Below, one piece after another: positions 10,205 through 18,622 of a stretch of 64,000 nucleotides of DNA. The notes beneath the pieces were generated by a model. It worked only from the letters and a program-made list of their open reading frames with translations, had not been told where the DNA came from and ran no database searches. This DNA is from an uncultured Nitrospiraceae bacterium (GTDB lineage: Bacteria; Nitrospirota; Nitrospiria; Nitrospirales; Nitrospiraceae). Both the position numbers and the translations under genes were made by a program. How positions within the stretch are numbered: the stretch's first letter is position 1; each line of letters begins with the position of its first letter. The stretch is from the NCBI GenBank assembly GCA_963846575.1, contig CAWJWJ010000002.1, forward strand, positions 1,728,001 through 1,792,000, in the 5' to 3' direction.

Positions 10205-11464
10205 GTGCAGACCACCGGCCACTCTTTAACCGGTTTACGTGTGGTGCTCGGTGTCACCGGCAGTATTGCGGCCTACAAAGCCGTCGGGCTTTTGCGCCGC
10301 CTTCGCCAAGAATCCGCCCATGTGACGGTCGTGATGACGGCAGGCGCCTGCCGATTCGTCACTCCGCTGACTTTTGAAGTGTTGTCCGGGGGCCATGTCG
10401 CAACGGACCTGTTTGAGGCCCATCAGGAAATGCTGCACCTGTCTCTTCCGGAGCAGGCAGATGCGATTGTAATCGCCCCGGCCACGGCTAATTGTCTAGC
10501 CAAGGCCGCCCTCGGTCTCGCCGATGATCTTCTCTCCACGATGCTGCTGACCACTCAGTGCCCGGTAATTATCGCACCGGCCATGGACGGCGATATGTGG
10601 CGACACCCTACGGTGGTCGAACATGTCGTGACCCTCCGACGCCGCGGCGCCGTCATCGTAGAGCCTGATGACGGACCTCTGGCCTCCGGACGCATAGGGC
10701 GGGGACGACTGGCCGAGGAACACACGATCCTCTCGGCGCTGCAATCCGTACTCCGGCCACGCCGGGACTGGAGCGACCACCGTCTCCTCATTTCTGCCGG
10801 ACCTACCCAGGAAGCCATCGACCCTGTCCGGTTTATTTCGAACCGCTCGTCGGGAAAAATGGGCTATGCCCTTGCCGAGGCGGCTCAGCAACGAGGCGCC
10901 GAGGTCTTCCTGGTCTCCGGTCCCACGGCCCTTCAACCACCTGCCGGAGTCGAAACAGTCTTCGTGACGACGGCAGAGGAGATGAACAAAACGATCCTGA
11001 GCAAATTCGAGTGGAGCCATGCGGTCATTATGGCCGCCGCGGTCGCAGACTTTCGCCCCATCCGGTCTGCGCCCCAGAAGCTCAAAAAGCGCCACGGTCC
11101 GATCACGAGCCTCTCACTGGAACCCACCGCGGACATCCTCCAGGAATTGTCGGCGCGTCGAACAACCCAGTTGCTCGTGGGATTTGCCGCGGAAACTGAG
11201 GATCTGCTTGCCCATGCGCGTGAAAAATTGCATGCTAAGGGCGTTGATTTGCTCGTCGCCAATGATGTGACGGCCACCGGATCAGGGTTCGGATCAGATA
11301 CCAACCGTGCGACGTTACTGAACCGTCACGGACAGACCGAGGAGTTGCCGTTGTTATCGAAGCGCGACCTGGCGAATCACATTTTAGACCGGATGCTCGC
11401 GCTGGAGAGTACACGAGCGATCACCAAGAAACCGGCACGAGCCCGTACGCCTCCAAAGGAGTAG
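10205..11464 (+). CDS. coaBC: bifunctional phosphopantothenoylcysteine decarboxylase/synthetase
   Basis: GVTGSIAAYKA, APATAN, PAM, DPVRFISNRSSGKMG, AAVADF and GFAAET motifs. Confidence 0.96.
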   Translation: MQTTGHSLTGLRVVLGVTGSIAAYKAVGLLRRLRQESAHVTVVMTAGACRFVTPLTFEVLSGGHVATDLFEAHQEMLHLSLPEQADAIVIAPATANCLAKAALGLADDLLSTMLLTTQCPVIIAPAMDGDMWRHPTVVEHVVTLRRRGAVIVEPDDGPLASGRIGRGRLAEEHTILSALQSVLRPRRDWSDHRLLISAGPTQEAIDPVRFISNRSSGKMGYALAEAAQQRGAEVFLVSGPTALQPPAGVETVFVTTAEEMNKTILSKFEWSHAVIMAAAVADFRPIRSAPQKLKKRHGPITSLSLEPTADILQELSARRTTQLLVGFAAETEDLLAHAREKLHAKGVDLLVANDVTATGSGFGSDTNRATLLNRHGQTEELPLLSKRDLANHILDRMLALESTRAITKKPARARTPPKE

Positions 11465-11466
11465 TC

Positions 11467-12141
11467 GTGGCCTCCTCACCCCGTATCAATCCTGCAATCA
11501 CCCTTCAGATAGATCGCCTGGCAACCGCCGTGGCCAAAGATCCCCGGTCGAAAGAGTTTCTTCCGCTCGCGGACGAATACGTGAAAGCCGGTATGTGGCA
11601 AGAGGCCGCAGTCGTGCTGGAGGACGGTCTCAAGGTCTATCCGGGTTTTGTGACAGCCATGGCAGCACTCGGTCGGGTTTACGATCAATTGGGTCAGCCG
11701 GGGAAGGCGAAGGCGATACTTGAAGCGGTCGTCAAACAACGCCCCGACAATCTTCGTGCGCACCGCATTCTAGCGAAGCTCTATCACGCCGAGGGGAAAA
11801 CAGACCTCGCGTTGCAATCGTGCACGGCATTATTGAACGCCAATCCATCCGATGAAGAGGCCCGATCCTTACAGCGAATCCTAATGGGCGCACCTGATAC
11901 CCCCTCCCCGGTTAAACGGGAGAAGAGCCAACGTACCGTTGCGGCCGATCACGATACGGACAGGGCTGCAACTCACGATGTGACGAGTCCTGAAATCGCT
12001 TCGCGTCCCGACGGACCATCACCTGCAGGACAATGTGAACCGCCGCCCCAAACACCTCCCGCGCCGCATGCGGCCACGATTGCGCGCCTCGAAGCCTGGC
12101 TGCACGCCATTCACACCCATCGACAGACTGATCCGGCTTAG
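11467..12141 (+). CDS. tetratricopeptide repeat protein
   Basis: About 3-4 TPR-like helical repeats followed by a Pro-rich linker and a short C-terminal helix. Confidence 0.8.
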   Translation: MASSPRINPAITLQIDRLATAVAKDPRSKEFLPLADEYVKAGMWQEAAVVLEDGLKVYPGFVTAMAALGRVYDQLGQPGKAKAILEAVVKQRPDNLRAHRILAKLYHAEGKTDLALQSCTALLNANPSDEEARSLQRILMGAPDTPSPVKREKSQRTVAADHDTDRAATHDVTSPEIASRPDGPSPAGQCEPPPQTPPAPHAATIARLEAWLHAIHTHRQTDPA

Positions 12142-12182
12142 ATCTGAACCCTTACAGCAGCATGCCGCCCTCGCCGGATCGT

Positions 12183-12211
12183 TTGACCCACCCGGAACAG
12201 CCTGTTAGAAT
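12183..12211 (+). promoter_or_regulatory. sigma70-like promoter for aroQ-efp-accBC
   Basis: TTGACC-N17-TAGAAT with extended -10 TGn. Confidence 0.6.
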
Positions 12212-12273
12212 GCCGCCGCTGCCGACTTGTCTATCGATTGCAGCCGACTGTTAACCGAGACGCCCAACGATAC

Positions 12274-12774
12274 ATGCTGCGGCTACTTGTGCTTCATGGT
12301 CCAAACCTCAATCTCCTGGGAACGCGAGAGCCATCCGTCTACGGATCCCTGTCATTGGCAGACCTCGACAAATCCATTGCTCGGCATGCCTCCTCCCTGG
12401 GGATCGCGGTACAAAGCAAACAGACCAATGTGGAAGGAGAACTGGTGACCTGGATTCAGAATGCCAGGGGCCACTTCGACGGACTTGTGATTAATCCGGC
12501 CGGGTATACGCATACCAGTGTCGCTATTCGTGATGCGATTGCCGCCGTCGCGCTGCCGACGGTTGAAGTGCATCTTTCGAACATTCACCAGCGCGAGGAG
12601 TTTCGCCACCACTCCTTCATCGCCGGGGTAGCGCTCGGACAGATTTCTGGATTTGGCCCAACTGGTTATCTACTAGCCATGGATGGGCTTGTCGCACATC
12701 TCGACAGAAATCCGAAGCCATCGCATTCGCGATCGGCGTCGAACAAAAAACCCCCCGCGGCCTCGCGCCGCTGA
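12274..12774 (+). CDS. aroQ: type II 3-dehydroquinate dehydratase
   Basis: [23 protein letters not shown] and [15 protein letters not shown] motifs. Confidence 0.96.
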   Translation: MLRLLVLHGPNLNLLGTREPSVYGSLSLADLDKSIARHASSLGIAVQSKQTNVEGELVTWIQNARGHFDGLVINPAGYTHTSVAIRDAIAAVALPTVEVHLSNIHQREEFRHHSFIAGVALGQISGFGPTGYLLAMDGLVAHLDRNPKPSHSRSASNKKPPAASRR

Positions 12775-12799
12775 CCTATCTCGTATTAAGGAGAGTGTT

Positions 12800-13360
12800 G
12801 TGATTTCGACCGCAGAGTTTCGTAACGGAAGCCGTTTGATGGTGGAGGGACAACCCTTTTATATCGTAGAATTTCAGCACGTCAAACCCGGAAAGGGCGG
12901 GGCATTCGTGCGCACTAAACTCAAAAGTTATATCACCGGCAACGTGCTGGATCGAACCTTCCGCTCCGGCGAACGATTCGAGGATCCGGATCTTGAGGAA
13001 TGCGACATGCAATTCCTTTATGCCACCAATGACGCCTATACCTTCATGGATACGGCATCGTATGAGCAGTCGACATACGAGAAGAGTCAGCTTGGGGCAA
13101 ACGCGGACCTCCTCAAAGAAAACATGATCGCCAAGATTCTCATCTACCAACATCGCCCCATCGCCGTGGTGTTACCCAACTTTATTGAGTTGAAGGTCGT
13201 CGACGGCGAACCCGGCGTGCGTGGCGATACGGCCTCGGGCGGGAGCAAGCCGGTCATTGTCGAAACAGGCGCGACGATCAAAGTTCCGCTTTACCTGGAA
13301 ATTGGAGAGATTATTCGAATCGATACCAGGACTCGTGAATTTGTGGAGCGCGTTCGTTGA
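12800..13360 (+). CDS. efp: elongation factor P
   Basis: [20 protein letters not shown] and ETGA motifs; SD AAGGAG before GTG 12800. Confidence 0.96.
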   Translation: MISTAEFRNGSRLMVEGQPFYIVEFQHVKPGKGGAFVRTKLKSYITGNVLDRTFRSGERFEDPDLEECDMQFLYATNDAYTFMDTASYEQSTYEKSQLGANADLLKENMIAKILIYQHRPIAVVLPNFIELKVVDGEPGVRGDTASGGSKPVIVETGATIKVPLYLEIGEIIRIDTRTREFVERVR

Positions 13361-13932
13361 GTTCTTCACGCAAGCAAAACGGAAAACGCAAGGGCGTCGG
13401 CAAACCGATCGTCCTACCGAGCGCCTTTGCCCCTCGATCGCCTGGGTCGGACATGCTGCTGTCTCCCGACCAGGCTGCTCAAATTCAGCAACTCGCGGAT
13501 CTACTGAAACGCAACCACCTGACCGAGTTGGAAATTGAACGGAGCGGGACGCGGATCCGCATCCGCCACGAACCGGCGGTGCGGATGGTGCCGCCCCAGA
13601 CGGTGGACACAACTCTCAGCCAGGTCATCGCCGCCGGCACCGCACCAGCTGCTCAACCACATCCCTCATCACCGACTGACGGAGAGGTGACCATCACCTC
13701 TCCCATTGTCGGCACCTTCTATCGCTCCCCCTCACCCGATGCGGATCCCTACGTCGAGGAGGGTGATTACGTGAAGAAGGGGCAAGTCTTGTGTATCGTA
13801 GAAGCCATGAAGCTCATGAACGAGATTGAGTCCGAGGTCGACGGAAGAATCACCAGAATTCTGGTGGAGAGCACCAAGCCTGTCGAATATGGACAACCGC
13901 TCTTTTTAGTCGACCCCAACGCTACACCCTAA
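13357..13932 (+). CDS. accB: acetyl-CoA carboxylase biotin carboxyl carrier protein (start uncertain; ATG 13453 possible)
   Basis: [11 protein letters not shown] and biotinylation motif EAMKLMNEI. Confidence 0.93.
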   Translation: MSSSRKQNGKRKGVGKPIVLPSAFAPRSPGSDMLLSPDQAAQIQQLADLLKRNHLTELEIERSGTRIRIRHEPAVRMVPPQTVDTTLSQVIAAGTAPAAQPHPSSPTDGEVTITSPIVGTFYRSPSPDADPYVEEGDYVKKGQVLCIVEAMKLMNEIESEVDGRITRILVESTKPVEYGQPLFLVDPNATP

Positions 13933-14110
13933 CGTCATGCTCATGAGTGCTCGTCGTGAGACCCGCAGGGGACACGCTCCTCACAATCTCGTATGAAGTG
14001 CACTGGGCGAGTGGCGAGCTACGACCCAGGCCCGGGCAGTCTGTCGGCGGATACAGCGGTAGTAGTCATCACCAGGGGGATAACGGTGCACATCAGGTCG
14101 GGAGCAGGTC

Positions 14111-15460
14111 GTGTTTAAGAAAGTATTAGTCGCCAACCGCGGAGAAATCGCCCTTCGGGTCATCCGAGCCTGCAAGGAACTCGGCGTGAAGACCGTGGCG
14201 ATCCATTCCGAGGCGGATGCGGCCAGCCTGCATGTGCGGGCCGCGGACGAACGCGTCTGCGTCGGCCCTCCGGAATCGGCCCTCAGCTACCGCAATATTC
14301 CCAACGTCTTGAGCGCGGCCGAAGTTACCGGCGCCGACGCGATCCATCCCGGCTATGGGTTTCTATCCGAGAATGCTCACTTCGCGGAGGTGTGCGAATC
14401 GATCGGAGTAAAATTTATCGGGCCCACCTCGGAAAACATCGCCTTGATGGGAGACAAATCAAAAGCGCGTGAAGTCGTGGCCAAGCGAGGCCTCCCCGTG
14501 ACGCCGGGCAGCCCCGGTGAGCTCCGGAGCGAACAGGATGCGCTTGATGCGGCCAAGACCATCGGTTTTCCCGTCATCATCAAAGCGTCGGCCGGAGGCG
14601 GAGGACGCGGCATGCGGGTCGTCAACAAGCCTGAAGAGTTGGCGCGCGCGTTTCAAGCGGCTCAAGCTGAAGCAAAATCGACCTTCGGCCATGACGGCGT
14701 GTACCTCGAACGTTATTTCCTCGAACCCCGGCATATTGAAGTACAGATCGTGGCCGACCATCGGGGACATGTCGTGCATCTGGGAGAACGGGACTGTTCG
14801 ATTCAACGCCGCCATCAAAAGCTGGTGGAAGAAACGCCCTCGCCGGCGATTGACGAACGGTTGCGGCGTGAAATCGGGCGGGTCGCAGTTGAGGCCGTGA
14901 AGGCCATTCGTTACTGCAACATCGGAACGGTAGAGTTCCTCTTGGACAAAGACCGGAACTTCTTCTTCATGGAAGTGAATACGCGCATTCAGGTCGAGCA
15001 CCCCATTACGGAGATGGTCACCGGCATCGATCTCGTCAAAGAGCAAATCCGGATCGCCTCAGGGATGACCCTCTCGTTTAAGCAACCCGATATCAAGCTC
15101 ACCGGGCACAGCTTCGAATGTCGGATCAATGCCGAAGACCCTGAAAAGTTCACCCCCTGTCCTGGCCAGATAACGAAATATTCAGCTCCCGGAGGATTCG
15201 GTGTGCGGGTCGATTCTGCGATGGAACCGAATGCCATCGTCGTGCCTTACTACGACTCCCTGATCGCGAAATTGATTACGCACGGGCGCGACCGGCAGGA
15301 AGCGATGGCTCGGATGCGCCGCGCATTGGATGAGTTCGTGATCGAGGGCATCAAGACGACGATTCCTCTTCACCGGCGGATTTTCAATGACCCGGATTTT
15401 CAAAAAGGCCATGTCTCCACGACATTTCTGGATCGCTTCCTCGCCAACCACACCGTCTAA
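14111..15460 (+). CDS. accC: acetyl-CoA carboxylase biotin carboxylase
   Basis: [38 protein letters not shown] and YYDSLIAK motifs. Confidence 0.97.
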   Translation: MFKKVLVANRGEIALRVIRACKELGVKTVAIHSEADAASLHVRAADERVCVGPPESALSYRNIPNVLSAAEVTGADAIHPGYGFLSENAHFAEVCESIGVKFIGPTSENIALMGDKSKAREVVAKRGLPVTPGSPGELRSEQDALDAAKTIGFPVIIKASAGGGGRGMRVVNKPEELARAFQAAQAEAKSTFGHDGVYLERYFLEPRHIEVQIVADHRGHVVHLGERDCSIQRRHQKLVEETPSPAIDERLRREIGRVAVEAVKAIRYCNIGTVEFLLDKDRNFFFMEVNTRIQVEHPITEMVTGIDLVKEQIRIASGMTLSFKQPDIKLTGHSFECRINAEDPEKFTPCPGQITKYSAPGGFGVRVDSAMEPNAIVVPYYDSLIAKLITHGRDRQEAMARMRRALDEFVIEGIKTTIPLHRRIFNDPDFQKGHVSTTFLDRFLANHTV

Positions 15461-15487
15461 CTCACGCAGGACATCACGGAGGGCGCC

Positions 15488-16147
15488 ACGTCTCACAGTA
15501 TCCGACAGCGCGTCCTGACGGGGCTCTATCTCATCCTGGACCCTTCCGTCCGTCCGGACCATCCCCTGACCGACGTCCTTCGGGAAGCCGCCGGACACGG
15601 CGTCCGGCTGTTTCAATACCGCGACAAGCGGGCCTCGATGAACGAGGCCTATCTCTGCGCGCGTGCGTTGCGGCAGACCGCAACCGAGGTCGGCGCGTTA
15701 CTCATCGTCAACGATCGCTGTGACCTGGCCATGGCCGTCGAGGCCGACGGGGTGCATCTGGGGCAGGAGGATCTTCCCATCGCATACGCTCGTAAATTGA
15801 TGGGACCTGAGAAAATTATCGGATTGTCGACCCATACCGTGGTCCAGGTCCGGGACGCTATCGAGAGAGATCCCGACTACATCGGATTCGGACCGATCTT
15901 CCGTACCTCCACCAAGGCTGATCACGACCCTGTCGTAGGGATTGAGGGATTACGGGCCGTACGCGCGCTGACGCAGCTGCCGTTATTTGCGATCGGAGGC
16001 ATTTCGACCGACTCCGCGGGAGCAGTCATGGCGGCTGGTGCAGATGGCATGGCTGTGATTTCGGCGATACTTACCGCGGCCGACATCGGTTCGGTCATCC
16101 GCGATTTCCAGCGGTCACTTGCCACACCTGATCGGCAAGATCCCTGA
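15488..16147 (+). CDS. thiE: thiamine-phosphate synthase (no canonical start; ACG 15488 or CTG 15515)
   Basis: GLYLILD, QYRDK, IVNDR, GVHLGQED, STH and FAIGGI motifs. The conserved N-terminus lies upstream of the first ATG (15638). Confidence 0.9.
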   Translation, partial: TSHSIRQRVLTGLYLILDPSVRPDHPLTDVLREAAGHGVRLFQYRDKRASMNEAYLCARALRQTATEVGALLIVNDRCDLAMAVEADGVHLGQEDLPIAYARKLMGPEKIIGLSTHTVVQVRDAIERDPDYIGFGPIFRTSTKADHDPVVGIEGLRAVRALTQLPLFAIGGISTDSAGAVMAAGADGMAVISAILTAADIGSVIRDFQRSLATPDRQDP

Positions 16148-16847
16148 TGGGCCTGCTCTGAGACAAAATTTCGATAGCGGCCGTCCAATTGCGACCAAGT
16201 TGTGCCTGGTAGCGGAGTGGTCCCAGCACTGGGACGCCGGCCCGTTCCTGCAGGAGCGACAGCGTCGAGGCGACTTGTAGCTGCTGTATGGGCATCGAGG
16301 ACGATTCCGTCTCGTTCAAAAGCAACGCCACTACCTTAATCTGTTCGCGCCGGAGAGATTCCAAAGTAAGCAGTCCATGATTGACCCCCCCGAGTCCGGC
16401 CCGGCCGACCAGCACCACTGGAATGCCGAGGTGCCTGATGAGGTCGCGAATCGACCAGTCCCGTCCCATGGGGACCAGTAATCCGCCAGCGCCTTCAACC
16501 ACCACACAAGCATAGCGGGCGGCGAGTCGCTCAAATGATTGCAGAATGTCCTGCAACTCGATCCCGAGTCCCGCCGCGCCCGCCGCAGCGTAGGGAGCAA
16601 GGGGCGCTTGAAAGCGGTAGGGACAGACCACACTCAGCGCATCGTCGACTGCCGCCGCCGCCATCAATCGACCGGCATCACTTTCCTCAGGAGCATCAGA
16701 GGAGACGCCCGTCTCTACGGGTTTCATGACGCCAACCGAGCACCGCAGGTGAAGGAGCCTTCGAACGAGTGCCGCGGACACGACGGTTTTCCCCACGCCC
16801 GTATCCGTTCCCACGACAAAAATTCCTCGCTGCATCATCGACGCCAT
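16095..16847 (-). CDS. bioD: dethiobiotin synthase
   Basis: GTDTGVGKT, MKPVETG, VEGAGGLLVP and LGGVNH motifs. Confidence 0.93.
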   Translation of the reverse strand: MASMMQRGIFVVGTDTGVGKTVVSAALVRRLLHLRCSVGVMKPVETGVSSDAPEESDAGRLMAAAAVDDALSVVCPYRFQAPLAPYAAAGAAGLGIELQDILQSFERLAARYACVVVEGAGGLLVPMGRDWSIRDLIRHLGIPVVLVGRAGLGGVNHGLLTLESLRREQIKVVALLLNETESSSMPIQQLQVASTLSLLQERAGVPVLGPLRYQAQLGRNWTAAIEILSQSRPIRDLADQVWQVTAGNRG

Positions 16848-16852
16848 CTCGG

Positions 16853-17608
16853 TTACAGAATGCGGCTGTCCAGATTCCAAAACTGGCCTGACACGTCGGA
16901 CAACTGCGCAAGCTGGCAGATCGTCCTGGCAACATCCTCAAGATTTGACACACGCCGTAAAACATGGTCCCCCAGCCGCTGTCCGGAAGGAAAGGAATCG
17001 CCGGCCATGCGCGTCTGCTGCCAGCCTGGACAAATCAAGTTCACACGGATATTGTGCGGCCCCCATTCTCGCGCAGCCGTCTTCACAAGGCCTGCGAGCC
17101 CGGCTTTTGAGGCCGCGTAGGCGCCTTGACCCTTCGTACCCTGCATCCCGGCATAGGATCCGATGACCACGATGGATCCGCCCCCCTGCGTCACCATGGA
17201 CTTCGCCGCAACTTTCATACACTGATAGGTTCCGGTCAAGTTCGTGTCGATAATCCGCGCCCACTCCGTTTCGGGACAGGTCGCCACCAGCTGTCCGCCT
17301 GCCGTGCCGGCATTACAGATGAGCACATCGAGCCGGTCCTGTCGTTCGGTAATGCTCTGCATCATGGCCTCCACTGCCTGATTCGATCGAATGTCCGCCT
17401 GGTAGAGCGCGCCTTGTCCTCCGTCCTGCGAGAGAAGCGCCAGCGTCTGCTCTGCCTCGTGAACATGCGTGAGGTAGTGCACTCCGACCCACCAGCCGGC
17501 GCGGGCGAAGGCCCGACAGAGTTCGCGCCCGATGGCGCCGGAACCGCCGGTAATCAGCACGGTGCGGGCTGTATGACGGTCCTGAACGGATGGATCTCGA
17601 ACAGGCAT
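16853..17608 (-). CDS. short-chain dehydrogenase/reductase, FabG-like
   Basis: TGGSGAIG, NAG, YAASK and IRVN motifs; upstream TTGCCT-N17-CATAAT. Confidence 0.88.
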   Translation of the reverse strand: MPVRDPSVQDRHTARTVLITGGSGAIGRELCRAFARAGWWVGVHYLTHVHEAEQTLALLSQDGGQGALYQADIRSNQAVEAMMQSITERQDRLDVLICNAGTAGGQLVATCPETEWARIIDTNLTGTYQCMKVAAKSMVTQGGGSIVVIGSYAGMQGTKGQGAYAASKAGLAGLVKTAAREWGPHNIRVNLICPGWQQTRMAGDSFPSGQRLGDHVLRRVSNLEDVARTICQLAQLSDVSGQFWNLDSRIL

Positions 17609-17716
17609 GATGGCGAGCGATTATGCGAGGCCGAAGAGGAGAAGGCAAGGCGCATGCCCGGGCTTGCTGCCGGTCAGGCGGTATGGTACCGTAATTTTTT
17701 GACTGGAGGACAACCC

Positions 17717-18622
17717 GTGACCGTCCAAACCATGATTCGTTCATCTGTCGTCGGACTTGGCATGCTCGTGTGTACGGGCCTCGTTTCGACTCATAGCCAT
17801 GCTGAGGCAATCGAGACAGTCGACAAGATCGCACAATCCGTTGATTATTTTCCGGACAGCATCGGCACGCGCTGGAAATATCGGGGACAGATCTCCGAGG
17901 GACCTGTCCAGACGATCGAAAGCAAGTACTTTACCAACGAGTCATCCGTCACCGGAATCCGGACTTTGAAGGGCGGCGTCACCGTCAGTGTGTTTCACGA
18001 CACGAATCCGGGCAACCACGGTCCCTCCGATAGTTTCTACCGCCGCGATGCGGCCGGGATCGTCTACTACGGTTCGGAGCCGGGGACTCCTCTGGAAAGG
18101 CAACTCGTGCCTTACCAGATTATCCGATTCCCCATGGCCGTCTCCCAGTCGTTCCAACAGTTCAACCGCACCGATGTCGATTTCGGAAACGATATCGACG
18201 GCGACGGGACCAATGAGCACGTCGATGTCGAGGGGCACTCCACCGTACTCAGCCGTGAATCCATTACCGTTCCCGCCGGCACCTATGCCGATGCCATCCG
18301 GGTCGAAGCGCGAATGACCCTTCGGATCCGTCTCTCCTCCGCCGACCGGACGGCCGTCGGCACGGACGTCATGACGGCATGGTTTGCGAAGGGAATCGGA
18401 CTGGTTAAGTACATTGAACGGCAGGAGTTGGCCGCGCTCAAGGACGACCGCGGCAGCATCACCGATATTACGGAGGAACTCGAAGAGGTCGATGTAAAAC
18501 CCGCACCGCCGCTACAGAGTCGGAGCGAATCCGCGCCGCAGGGTCTGTTCGCTGATGACACGCGGGATCATGAACTGCTTCAGGTACTCTTCGCCTCCGG
18601 CCTTCGCGCCCACCCCCGATAG
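17717..18622 (+). CDS. exported hypothetical beta-rich protein
   Basis: GGAGG SD before GTG 17717, signal peptide (..SHA-E), DIDGDGTNE Ca-loop-like motif, ITVPAGTY...WFAKGIGLVK motif. Confidence 0.7.
   Translation: MTVQTMIRSSVVGLGMLVCTGLVSTHSHAEAIETVDKIAQSVDYFPDSIGTRWKYRGQISEGPVQTIESKYFTNESSVTGIRTLKGGVTVSVFHDTNPGNHGPSDSFYRRDAAGIVYYGSEPGTPLERQLVPYQIIRFPMAVSQSFQQFNRTDVDFGNDIDGDGTNEHVDVEGHSTVLSRESITVPAGTYADAIRVEARMTLRIRLSSADRTAVGTDVMTAWFAKGIGLVKYIERQELAALKDDRGSITDITEELEEVDVKPAPPLQSRSESAPQGLFADDTRDHELLQVLFASGLRAHPR

Noticed and set aside
13933..14110. Small ORF or ncRNA between accB and accC
   Set aside because: No SD, motif or convincing structure found.
14111..16147. AccC-ThiE readthrough fusion (same reading frame)
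   Set aside because: The stop is TAA, accC ends at its normal length, and a separate SD precedes thiE.
17126..17716. N-terminal 197 codons of the 498 aa ORF
   Set aside because: Antisense to the SDR gene; the SD and signal peptide point to a start at 17717.
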